IMG/VR virus record: IMGVR_UViG_3300024252_000004
Location: 62,001-126,000 of that record
DNA: 64,000 nt
Direction: 5' to 3' (one strand)
Shown: positions 47,297-55,987 of the stretch, piece after piece
Layout: each line of letters begins with the position of its first letter
Numbering within the stretch: position 1 is the stretch's first letter
Position numbers and translations under genes: made by a program
Notes under the pieces: model-generated
Databases searched by the model: none
What the model was told of the DNA's origin: nothing
Seen by the model: the letters and a program-made list of their open reading frames with translations, nothing else

Positions 47297-48466
47297 ATGT
47301 CTGATAGTCTTTCTGATATTTGGAAACTGAAGAAACGTGGTAAAAGAGATTCTGATCGACATGAAGAGCTTGTCAAAAGAGCAATCAGAAAGCATGGGCG
47401 AGACGTAATCACAGAGTATAACATCATTCGTTCTTCAGGCTCCAAGAAAGTTAAGATTCCTGTAAGGTTTCTTGATAAGCATACGTTCAAATATGGAAAA
47501 TGGAAAGATGACTCTCAGGTTGGTCAAGGTCAGGACGTAGTCCCCGGAAAAAACTATGAAGTTAAGAAGGGACAAGCTGCTCCTGGCGGCCCAGGAGACC
47601 AAGAGGGCGAGAGAATTTTTGAAGCTGAAATCTCTGTAGATGAGTTGGTCAACATGCTAATGGAAGAGTTAAATCTTCCATGGATGGAGCCAAACAAGTC
47701 CAGTCAGATTGAAGTAGTTCATGAAGAAGTTTCGTCAATCGATAGAAAGGGAATCTTCCCAAATCTTGACATCAAAAGAACTCTCCTTCAGAACATCAAA
47801 AGGAATGCTGCGCTTGGAAATCCACACGTTGGAGATTTTCATAACGAAGACCTCAGATATAAGGTGTGGGAAGAGGAGACTGAGTACGTCTCAAATGCTG
47901 CGGTCTATATCATGATGGATAGATCTGGCTCTATGGATGACAAGAAGACCTATATTGCTAAGAGCTTCTACTTCTGGATGGTTCAGTTTCTAAAAAGACG
48001 TTATCAAAATGTTGAGTTAATCTTCATTGCTCATGATACAACTGCATTTGAAACTACAGAAGAAGAGTTCTTTACGATTTCGGCAAGCGGTGGAACTAAG
48101 TGCAGTTCTGCATTCAAGTTCGCTCTTGATCATATCAAGAATAACCATCCGCCAGATGATTGGAACAATTACGTTTTTGAGTTCAGCGATGGCGACAACT
48201 GGATGCAGGATAACAGAGAGTGCGTAGGTCTTGTAAGGGAGCTATTGCCTTTATGCACTGCAATCGGGTATGGTGAAATTGTGCCGGACGAGCAAGCGGA
48301 GCTACCTTGGTTCAAGGAAGAAGATAAGCTTTACAACGTGTTCAATAATGAGATTTCAAGAACGCGATTTGTATCCTTAAGAGTTAACTCTAAAGATGGC
48401 GTTTTCGATGCTCTAAAGCAATTCTTTAACGTTAATGGTGTGTCAAAAAAGGCTGAAAAGAAATGA
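47297..48466 (+). CDS. yeaH: YeaH/YhbH-family (DUF444) vWA protein
   Basis: RDSDRH, PGDQEG, EDLRY, MMDRSGSM, FIAHDT, GGTKCSSA, EFSDGDNW. Confidence 0.93.
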   Translation: MSDSLSDIWKLKKRGKRDSDRHEELVKRAIRKHGRDVITEYNIIRSSGSKKVKIPVRFLDKHTFKYGKWKDDSQVGQGQDVVPGKNYEVKKGQAAPGGPGDQEGERIFEAEISVDELVNMLMEELNLPWMEPNKSSQIEVVHEEVSSIDRKGIFPNLDIKRTLLQNIKRNAALGNPHVGDFHNEDLRYKVWEEETEYVSNAAVYIMMDRSGSMDDKKTYIAKSFYFWMVQFLKRRYQNVELIFIAHDTTAFETTEEEFFTISASGGTKCSSAFKFALDHIKNNHPPDDWNNYVFEFSDGDNWMQDNRECVGLVRELLPLCTAIGYGEIVPDEQAELPWFKEEDKLYNVFNNEISRTRFVSLRVNSKDGVFDALKQFFNVNGVSKKAEKK

Positions 48467-51036
48467 AAAAAAGATTAATCGAAGTAGACAAATGGTGTCA
48501 GAAGAAGTGTGATGAGATGGGCGTAGATTATTTTCCAATCAATTGGGAAGTTGTGCCTGAAGAGGTCATGCTTGAGGTAATGAGCTATGGTCTTCCGACC
48601 AGAGCACGACACTGGACATACGGTCAGAGTTACAAATACCAGAAGCTTAATGGTGAAATGGGTATGTCAAAGGTTTACGAGCTAATCCTTAACAACAATC
48701 CATCTTATGCTTTCCTTCTTGATACCAACCCTGACATTGCACAGATTATGGTCATCGCTCACTGTGTCCATGAGGATGCTAAAATTATTACTTTGGATGG
48801 AGTAAAGCCCATCTCTGAAGTAAAAAAGGGCGATAAAGTATTTACACATAAAGGTAGAATTTCTACTGTTAACTGGTGTAAAGAGACTGCAAGAAAAAAA
48901 GAAATTACTGAATTGAAAGTAAGGGGTTCCGATGAGGTTTATAGGTTTACATCTGATCATAAGATTTATGTAGAAACTGATGTTGGCCCATCTTGGGTAA
49001 AAGTTTCTGAAATAAGGGAAGATGATAGAATCATTTACCCTAAGGCTTCTCAGAACGAGGAGTCTGCTCTCGAAGAGATTTTAATTGAAATCGAAAATAT
49101 TCAGAGTAATGATAGGCTGTTTAGGAAAAAAGCTTTCCATGAAAGCAATGGATATACTTTAAAATTAAATGAAGAATCCGGAAGGATGATCGGGCTATAT
49201 ATTGCTGAAGGCTATCTTAGCGGAACACAAGTTCATTTTGCGATGCACAAGGATGAAGACGATTATCATGCAGCAATTTCAAATGCAATTAATCAGTTAT
49301 CTCCGAAACTTCCTGTACATGTATCCAAAAGAGAGCGTGATAATTCTGGCATTGTTCATTTTTCTGACAAATGGATTGGAAAATGGCTTGAAGAAAGCTG
49401 TGGGAAAGGTTGTGAGAACAAGAAGATACCTGATTTTGTATTTGCAAACAATGTTCCTCTTGAGTTTAAAAAGGGAATTGTAAGAGGGCTTTTCGAAGGT
49501 GATGGTTATTTTGATAATGAAAATAGAAGCTCTTCTTTTTCTACCACAAGCGATCTGCTTGCAAATCAGTTAAAATTTCTTCTGAATTCATTTGGAATTT
49601 TTTCATCTATTTCTTCAAGAAACAGGAAATCTTTTGATATAAAGGGGGAAAGAAAAACTTCTTATGAATTGGTTTTAAGTGGCGAAGACAACTTGGAGTT
49701 ATATAACATAGTTGGATATGAGACTGAATATGCTCCGACCAGAACTTGGTCTTTCTCTGCAAAGAAAGATGAATATATAGCTGGACAAATCGAATGGGTT
49801 CGCTCATTCTCTACAGAAAAGATTCAAAGTTTTTGGGACATGGAAGTGGAAGGAGATCATAGCTTTGCGCTATATGGCGGAATTGTAGCTCATAACTGTT
49901 ACGGACACAGCGCATTCTTCAAGAATAACTACCTATTCAAGCAGACAGACAGGAAGATGGTTTACCATGCTGCTGAACGTGCTGCAAGAATCGAAGGCTA
50001 TATTGAGAGGTATGGTTTAGAAAGAGTTGAACGCATCATGGATATTGGTCTCTCCGTTGAGAAGAATATTGATTGGCATAAAGGTTTATTCCGTGAGAAA
50101 TACCCTGGCAGAAGAAAGGTGGTCAAGAGTCGTAAGATTGGTGAATTCGAAGATGTACTTGGAATCAAAAGTCCAGAGAGAAAAGAGGTAACGGTTAACA
50201 CGAAGTTCCCACCTGCAAAAGAGATTGATATCAACTGGTTCTTGATGACTTACTCTTCTAAGCTTGAAGATTGGGAGCGTGATGTCCTCTCTATTATCCG
50301 AGAAGAATCCTTTTACTTCTACCCTCAGTACATCACAAAGATTATGAACGAAGGCTTTGCAAGCTATATTCATGCAGAACTCATGTATGTCATGGGCGAG
50401 GAGATGCTTTCCGCAGCAGAGTATATTGATTTCGTTAAGATTCATGAGAGAGTTGTTCAGCCAGGACGTGATCCATTCAATATGAACCCATACTTCTTAG
50501 GCTTTACGATTTTCAACGACATTAAGAAAAGATGGGATGAGCTATACGAGAAAGGTGAGTCAACCATTACAGGTTTTCAGAAGATTCTTGAGGTATGCGA
50601 GGAAGAAGATGATGTATCATTCTTGAACATCTACCTCACTCAGGAGATTGTTGATGAGCTTAAGATGTTCACCTATGTTCAGAGAAGGGACCCGAGAAGT
50701 AAAAACCAATACGTTCAGGTTCAGAGCAATAAGGTTAAGGACATTGTTGAGTCAATGACCAGCAAGCTTCATAACTACAGAGTTCCTATGATTGCGATTA
50801 CTAACGTAACATCTATGAGTCTTGAGCTTGAGCATGGAAGCCCAGAGATTGGAACGATTGCTTATAAGCATCTTCCAAAGGTTATGGAGTATCTATATGA
50901 GGCATGGGGCAATGTGATTGACCTGAAGACGTGGGACACGTCAGGCAATCCATTCCACTTCACTTTCGATGAGGAAGGTTTCAGTGATGTCGATCCAGAA
51001 AAAGGTCTCACAATTATTAGAAGGAAACAAAAGTAA
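48463..51036 (+). CDS. spoVR: SpoVR/YcgB-family protein containing an intein
   Basis: GLPTRARHW, YELILN, AH|CYGHSAFFKNN after splicing, TKIMNEGFASY, NPYFLGF. Confidence 0.92.
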   Translation: MKKRLIEVDKWCQKKCDEMGVDYFPINWEVVPEEVMLEVMSYGLPTRARHWTYGQSYKYQKLNGEMGMSKVYELILNNNPSYAFLLDTNPDIAQIMVIAHCVHEDAKIITLDGVKPISEVKKGDKVFTHKGRISTVNWCKETARKKEITELKVRGSDEVYRFTSDHKIYVETDVGPSWVKVSEIREDDRIIYPKASQNEESALEEILIEIENIQSNDRLFRKKAFHESNGYTLKLNEESGRMIGLYIAEGYLSGTQVHFAMHKDEDDYHAAISNAINQLSPKLPVHVSKRERDNSGIVHFSDKWIGKWLEESCGKGCENKKIPDFVFANNVPLEFKKGIVRGLFEGDGYFDNENRSSSFSTTSDLLANQLKFLLNSFGIFSSISSRNRKSFDIKGERKTSYELVLSGEDNLELYNIVGYETEYAPTRTWSFSAKKDEYIAGQIEWVRSFSTEKIQSFWDMEVEGDHSFALYGGIVAHNCYGHSAFFKNNYLFKQTDRKMVYHAAERAARIEGYIERYGLERVERIMDIGLSVEKNIDWHKGLFREKYPGRRKVVKSRKIGEFEDVLGIKSPERKEVTVNTKFPPAKEIDINWFLMTYSSKLEDWERDVLSIIREESFYFYPQYITKIMNEGFASYIHAELMYVMGEEMLSAAEYIDFVKIHERVVQPGRDPFNMNPYFLGFTIFNDIKKRWDELYEKGESTITGFQKILEVCEEEDDVSFLNIYLTQEIVDELKMFTYVQRRDPRSKNQYVQVQSNKVKDIVESMTSKLHNYRVPMIAITNVTSMSLELEHGSPEIGTIAYKHLPKVMEYLYEAWGNVIDLKTWDTSGNPFHFTFDEEGFSDVDPEKGLTIIRRKQK
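48763..49896 (+). mobile_element. Intein (378 aa) with LAGLIDADG homing endonuclease in SpoVR
   Basis: Starts CVHEDAKII, ends IVAHN followed by Cys; IGLYIAEG and RGLFEGDG blocks. Confidence 0.92.
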
Positions 51037-51539
51037 TGACTGAACCTGTTGTAGATTTTGCATATCAATTATCCGTATCGCGTGAACGAATTGAGAAAAG
51101 AGTTTTTCAGAACCTCCGCAATATCTCAGAAGAGCTATTGATGAAGGATGAATTCGTAGGATCCCTTATTGTATTTGGAGTTTTTAAAACCCAAGTCGAC
51201 GGGATGAGACAATTCGGAGGAAGCAAGCTTGAAAAATACATCAATGTTGTTGGTGCTCACGAAGAGGAGTTCATTAACATGGTGCGGAGTGGTGATGATG
51301 GAGCAATTGTTATCAGCGATAGTGGGCAGATACTAGGATCTGGTATATATTTAACCGTGGACGATCCCACCTTAGACATCCCCGAGGGGGCAGGCACCAG
51401 ACATATCTCTGCTGCCTCATTCTCCAAGCGGGATGATATATTAGCTACCTTTACATTGTCCGAAGAGACGCGCATCGTGCGAAAATGGAAAGACGGTGCT
51501 GTGAACGAACAGTTCGATCCTTCAGACGATCAAGAGTAG
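51036..51539 (+). CDS. Stand-alone diadenylate cyclase (DAC/DisA_N) domain protein
   Basis: DDGAIVI (DGA), GAGTRHISAA (RHR-like), LSEET motifs. Confidence 0.82.
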   Translation: MTEPVVDFAYQLSVSRERIEKRVFQNLRNISEELLMKDEFVGSLIVFGVFKTQVDGMRQFGGSKLEKYINVVGAHEEEFINMVRSGDDGAIVISDSGQILGSGIYLTVDDPTLDIPEGAGTRHISAASFSKRDDILATFTLSEETRIVRKWKDGAVNEQFDPSDDQE

Positions 51540-51562
51540 TTGACCTTATTTTTAAGGAAAGG

Positions 51563-51586
51563 GCCGCCCAAGTTGGGTGGCTTTTT
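51563..51586 (+). terminator. Intrinsic terminator after the DAC gene
   Basis: GCCGCCCA-AGT-TGGGTGGC followed by TTTTT. Confidence 0.7.
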
Positions 51587-51806
51587 CAACTTTTATTAGA
51601 GAAGAATAGTCAGATTTGTAGAGACAAAAACATATCCAAATTGTTTGATTCGCAAAAAGATTTGGATTTGAATATATGAAAACAGATTCCTTAAAGGGCC
51701 TTGCAACCAGCTTTTCATATACCCAAACTCTATTAATCTTGGCAGTGTAAGTGCTACAATGAGCACGATACCAATGAGAATTTTATGATGTAGGAGTACT
51801 GTTTTA

Positions 51807-54800
51807 ATGTTTATTCAAAATATCTCTCAAGAAGTATGGGGCGGAGAAGCTGGTAAGTATAGGCTTCGTGATTCCGAAGGACAACCCATCGATCTAACAC
51901 CTGAAGACACCTGTTTGAGAGTCGCAAAAGGGTTAGCATCACTTGAGCCAAAACCAGAAGAATGGGAAGTTGAGTTTTCCAGAATTCTATTAGAAGGTAA
52001 GTTCGCAGGTGGCGGACGTATTATGGCCAATGTCGGCGCTGGCGACCTCAAGCGAGACGCCAGCCCGATTAACTGTACGGTGCTCAGGCAGATCCCTGAC
52101 TCGATGGATGGCATCATGCAGACCGCCAAAGAATCTGCGATGACACTGCGCACAGGCGCTGGTGTGGGCTATGATTTCAGCCCAATTAGGCCAAGCGGCG
52201 CGTATGTATTTGGCGCAGGAGCAGAGACTTCTGGCGTCATTTCTTTTATGAAAATCTTCGATGCAACGTGCAGCACAGTTATGAGCGGCGGTGGCAGACG
52301 TGGAGCCCAAATGGGTTGCCTCGACATTCAGCATCCAGAGATTGAGAATTTCATCACTTGTAAAAGAGAAGATGGCGTTCTTAGATATTTTAACTTATCT
52401 GTTTTAATCACAGATGCTTTCATGACGGCTGTTAGAGATGATGCCATGTGGAAGCTATGGTTCTGGGAGCGTTGCGAGAAATGTGACATAGAGGAAATTG
52501 GTGCAGATGAGGTTGCAGTGATGAAAGCTGGAGATATCCCTTTCAGATATCCTGAATACGATTACTTCAGTTATGCAGCAGATCACACTGAAGTCCTTAG
52601 CGGTAACTGCGAAGTAGGAACTATCTTTAAGAAGAGAGTATTCAAGGTGCTTAGAGCCGTTGAACTCTTTGATAAGATTATGACATCAACATACAATTTC
52701 GCCGAGCCTGGATTCATTCTTATCGATAGGGTGAACAGAGATAATATCCTTTGGTTCTGTGAAGTTATTAGAGCTACGAATCCATGTGTACCTTCTGATA
52801 CCTGGGTTCATACAGAAGAAGGCCCGAAGCAGGTTTCCGATCTTATAGGTCAAGAATGCACCTTGATGGTGAACGGAAAGCCATATCAATCAGAAGGATT
52901 TTTTAAAACCGGATATAAATCGGTTTTGAATTTAGAAACCAAAGAAGGCTTCAAATTAAGATTAACTCCTAATCATAAAGTTATGGTAGTAAGCTCCAAT
53001 AATGGTGATAAAATTATTTCCAATTGGAAAGAAGCAGGCGAAATTGAGATTGGTGATAAAGTTATTCTTCATGATCATAGTGATTCTGCTTACTGGTTAG
53101 GAACAGACAAAATGAATGGAGTCTACTCTGTAGATCAGGGATACCTGATGGGGCTACTCGTTGGGGACGGAACGCTGAAGAAAGATTCTGCTATCCTGTC
53201 CGTTTGGAGTTCTGACAATGAAAATGGTTATGAGTCTATTATGTCTCGTGTAAATATGTCGATAAGACACCTTAAGAAAAGAGCAGATTTTAAGGGTTGG
53301 CACAAAATAGCTGGCCGAAATGAGTATAGGCTTAAGTTGTCTGGAATAAGAGATTTGGCGCATGAATTTGGAATGAGCAATCAAAACAAGTTTATTACTC
53401 CTAAAATGGAGAAAGCATCTCATGCCTTTTCTGCCGGGTTCTTAAGGGGGCTTTTTGATGCAGATGGCTCGGTCCAAGGCGATCAAAGCAAAGGAGTTTC
53501 TGTAAGGCTTGCTCAAAGTAACTTAGAGACCTTGGAAGCTGTGCAAAGAATGCTTCTTAGATTTGGAATCGTATCTAAGATTTACAAATTCAGGCGAGAA
53601 AGTGGAGAGTCACTTTTGCCTAACGGGAAAGGTGGAAAGAAACTTTATAAGACAAAAGCTCAGCACGAATTAGTTATTAGCAAAAGTAATTTAAAAACTT
53701 TTGAGAGATTGATTGGCTTTGCTGATGACACTAAGCATTCTAAATTAGTAAACTTATTAAGTGACTACAAAAGAGAATTAAACAAAGAAAGTTACGCAGT
53801 AACGATATCATCAATTAGTGACGGAGGCATTTGCGACGTTTATGACGTACAGGTTCCAGGTATAAACGCTTTTGATGCAAACGGCATTTATGTTCATAAT
53901 TGTGGCGAACAGCCTTTACCTGCCAATGCAAGTTGCCTATTGGCTTCAATGATTTTAGCTCCATATGTGATGAATAAATTTGCGGATGATTCCTTTTTTG
54001 ATTGGGAGGCTTTCGAAGTAGATATTGCTGTCGCTACAAGGATGATGGACAACGTTGTTGAGATCAACAACCTGCCTCTGCCTGAAATGAGAGAGCAGAT
54101 TCTCCAGAAGAGAAGGCATGGCTTAGGCTTCACAGGTCTTGGCACTGTATTTAACATGCTCGGCATGTCTTATGGTGATGATGCTTCTCAGGCGTTCGCA
54201 GATAAGATTGCATACACGATTGCAAAAGTATCTCTATTTATGAACATGGAGCTTGCGCAAGAGAAAGGACATGCTCCCATTTTCGACACGATAGTGTCCA
54301 GACAGAACGCTATTGATTCAGGATATATGAAGAGGTTGTTATCAACCTTTGATGACGATTTAAGGCATGGATTAGAGCAGGAGATTCTTGAGCATGGTCT
54401 CAGATTCTCTCACGCTACCAGCATTGCACCAACAGGAACCATGAGTTTAACTTGGGGTAACAACTGTAGCAATGGTGTTGAGCCGAGCTTCACTGATGAG
54501 TACGCAAGAAACTTCAGGCAGCATGGAAAGAAGACGAAGGTTCAGGAAATCGTAAGAAGTCTTGAATACCATCTATGGATAGAGATGTATGGTGACAGAG
54601 AGCTACCAAGTCATTGGAGGGTTTCCAATGACCTATCTGTCGAAGATCATATCAACATCCAGGCAAAGATTCAGAAGTGGGTTGACTCTGCCGTATCTAA
54701 GACGGCAAATGTTCCTACTGATTACCCATTCGAGGATTTCAAAAAGATCTACATGATGGGATGGGAGAAGGGGCTTAAGGGCATCACCACCTTCAGGTAT

Positions 54801-54989
54801 AATCCTGAGGCGTTTTCAGGTGTCCTTGTTCGCAAAGAGGATCTCGAAAATACGAAATACGTTTTCATCCTCGCAGATAATGAAGAAATAACAGTATCCG
54901 GAAGTGATACAATTGAGTACGATGGTGAGCTTCACAATGCGGCCAATTTGTTTGATGCGCTGAAAGAAGGCATGTATGGGGATATGTAA
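51807..54989 (+). CDS. nrdJ: Class II (B12-dependent) ribonucleotide reductase NrdJa with intein
   Basis: GGRIMAN, INC, GGRRGAQM, EPG, TNP|CGEQPL, RHGLGFTG, IAPTGT, KGITTFR. Confidence 0.93.
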   Translation: MFIQNISQEVWGGEAGKYRLRDSEGQPIDLTPEDTCLRVAKGLASLEPKPEEWEVEFSRILLEGKFAGGGRIMANVGAGDLKRDASPINCTVLRQIPDSMDGIMQTAKESAMTLRTGAGVGYDFSPIRPSGAYVFGAGAETSGVISFMKIFDATCSTVMSGGGRRGAQMGCLDIQHPEIENFITCKREDGVLRYFNLSVLITDAFMTAVRDDAMWKLWFWERCEKCDIEEIGADEVAVMKAGDIPFRYPEYDYFSYAADHTEVLSGNCEVGTIFKKRVFKVLRAVELFDKIMTSTYNFAEPGFILIDRVNRDNILWFCEVIRATNPCVPSDTWVHTEEGPKQVSDLIGQECTLMVNGKPYQSEGFFKTGYKSVLNLETKEGFKLRLTPNHKVMVVSSNNGDKIISNWKEAGEIEIGDKVILHDHSDSAYWLGTDKMNGVYSVDQGYLMGLLVGDGTLKKDSAILSVWSSDNENGYESIMSRVNMSIRHLKKRADFKGWHKIAGRNEYRLKLSGIRDLAHEFGMSNQNKFITPKMEKASHAFSAGFLRGLFDADGSVQGDQSKGVSVRLAQSNLETLEAVQRMLLRFGIVSKIYKFRRESGESLLPNGKGGKKLYKTKAQHELVISKSNLKTFERLIGFADDTKHSKLVNLLSDYKRELNKESYAVTISSISDGGICDVYDVQVPGINAFDANGIYVHNCGEQPLPANASCLLASMILAPYVMNKFADDSFFDWEAFEVDIAVATRMMDNVVEINNLPLPEMREQILQKRRHGLGFTGLGTVFNMLGMSYGDDASQAFADKIAYTIAKVSLFMNMELAQEKGHAPIFDTIVSRQNAIDSGYMKRLLSTFDDDLRHGLEQEILEHGLRFSHATSIAPTGTMSLTWGNNCSNGVEPSFTDEYARNFRQHGKKTKVQEIVRSLEYHLWIEMYGDRELPSHWRVSNDLSVEDHINIQAKIQKWVDSAVSKTANVPTDYPFEDFKKIYMMGWEKGLKGITTFRYNPEAFSGVLVRKEDLENTKYVFILADNEEITVSGSDTIEYDGELHNAANLFDALKEGMYGDM
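52785..53900 (+). mobile_element. Intein (372 aa) with LAGLIDADG endonuclease at the RNR NP-C-GEQ active-site cysteine
   Basis: Starts CVPSDTWV, ends IYVHN followed by Cys; GLLVGDG and RGLFDADG blocks. Confidence 0.93.
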
Positions 54990-55606
54990 TGCAGACAGTT
55001 AAGATTGAAAAGAAAATTGTAGGTTGGAGAGTTAAAGGTCTAAGTGAGTCTGATCAAGAGAAGATCAGGGATAGTCAGGCTCCTAAGAGACCGTTAGGTT
55101 TAAAGTGTGAAATACATAGGGCGACAATCAAGGGTGAAGACTGGACCATCTTGATTGGACTACTTCATGAGAGACCTTATGAAGTAATTGGTGGACTCTC
55201 AAGTAATATTGAGATCCCCAAGAAATATAAATTTGGTACTTTGCTAAAAAACCCGAGAAAAAGCGTTAATGCAAGATACGACCTTAGATTTGGAGAGGAG
55301 GGCAGCGAAATCTTAATCAAAGATGTGGTTTCGGTATTCGACAATCCAAATAATGGGTCTTTGACAAGGATGGTATCGATGTGCTTAAGGCACGGTGTTC
55401 CTATTCAATACATGGCCGAACAATTAAAGAAAGATAAGTATTCTGATATGTTTTCCTTTTCGGCTGTAGTTTCTCGGGTATTAAAGAAGTATATCGAAGA
55501 CGGCGCGGACGGCGGCGGCAAGTGTGATGATTGTCAATCACCAAACCTAATTTATGCAGGTGGATGCCCGGTCTGTCAAGATTGCGGCTATAGTAAGTGT
55601 GGATAA
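54989..55606 (+). CDS. NrdJb-like (TSCPD domain plus C-terminal zinc ribbon) RNR subunit
   Basis: RPYEV, LTRMVSMCLRHG, CDDC...GGCPVCQDCGYSKCG; coupled to NrdJa. Confidence 0.85.
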   Translation: MQTVKIEKKIVGWRVKGLSESDQEKIRDSQAPKRPLGLKCEIHRATIKGEDWTILIGLLHERPYEVIGGLSSNIEIPKKYKFGTLLKNPRKSVNARYDLRFGEEGSEILIKDVVSVFDNPNNGSLTRMVSMCLRHGVPIQYMAEQLKKDKYSDMFSFSAVVSRVLKKYIEDGADGGGKCDDCQSPNLIYAGGCPVCQDCGYSKCG

Positions 55607-55948
55607 ATGGAAATTACTCTTTTAGTGAACAGGTTTAATTATCAAGAAGATATAGATGAGCTTAGAGATTCTTGGCTTGAAGATATTCTTATGTATCTTG
55701 AATTGAACCCTGTTGAACTAAAAGAGATGTTGCCTCATGTTTTTGTAGATTTGTTGTATAGTATGAACTTAGATATTGTTGACTACCCGAGTCTGGGGGC
55801 AATGGCGGTTGTGTACGAAGGAGACCTAATAGGTGAGTGGGCTGGCCCAGAACTCACGTTAAAGAAAGATAAAGAAACAGGTGAGCTATATTATGAGGTT
55901 CTAATCCAACAATGGTCTATTTTGGATGAAGAAATCGACATGAGCTAA
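55607..55948 (+). CDS. Hypothetical acidic protein
   Basis: 113-aa ORF adjacent to the NrdJb stop. Confidence 0.6.
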   Translation: MEITLLVNRFNYQEDIDELRDSWLEDILMYLELNPVELKEMLPHVFVDLLYSMNLDIVDYPSLGAMAVVYEGDLIGEWAGPELTLKKDKETGELYYEVLIQQWSILDEEIDMS

Positions 55949-55987
55949 CCGAATAACAACAACATATAAAAAACAGGATAAGCTTTA

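Noticed and set aside
51751-51766. GTGCT-ACAATG-AGCAC inverted repeat over a TGnTACAAT extended -10 upstream of RNR
   Set aside because: Only a 5-bp arm, does not match an NrdR box, single occurrence.
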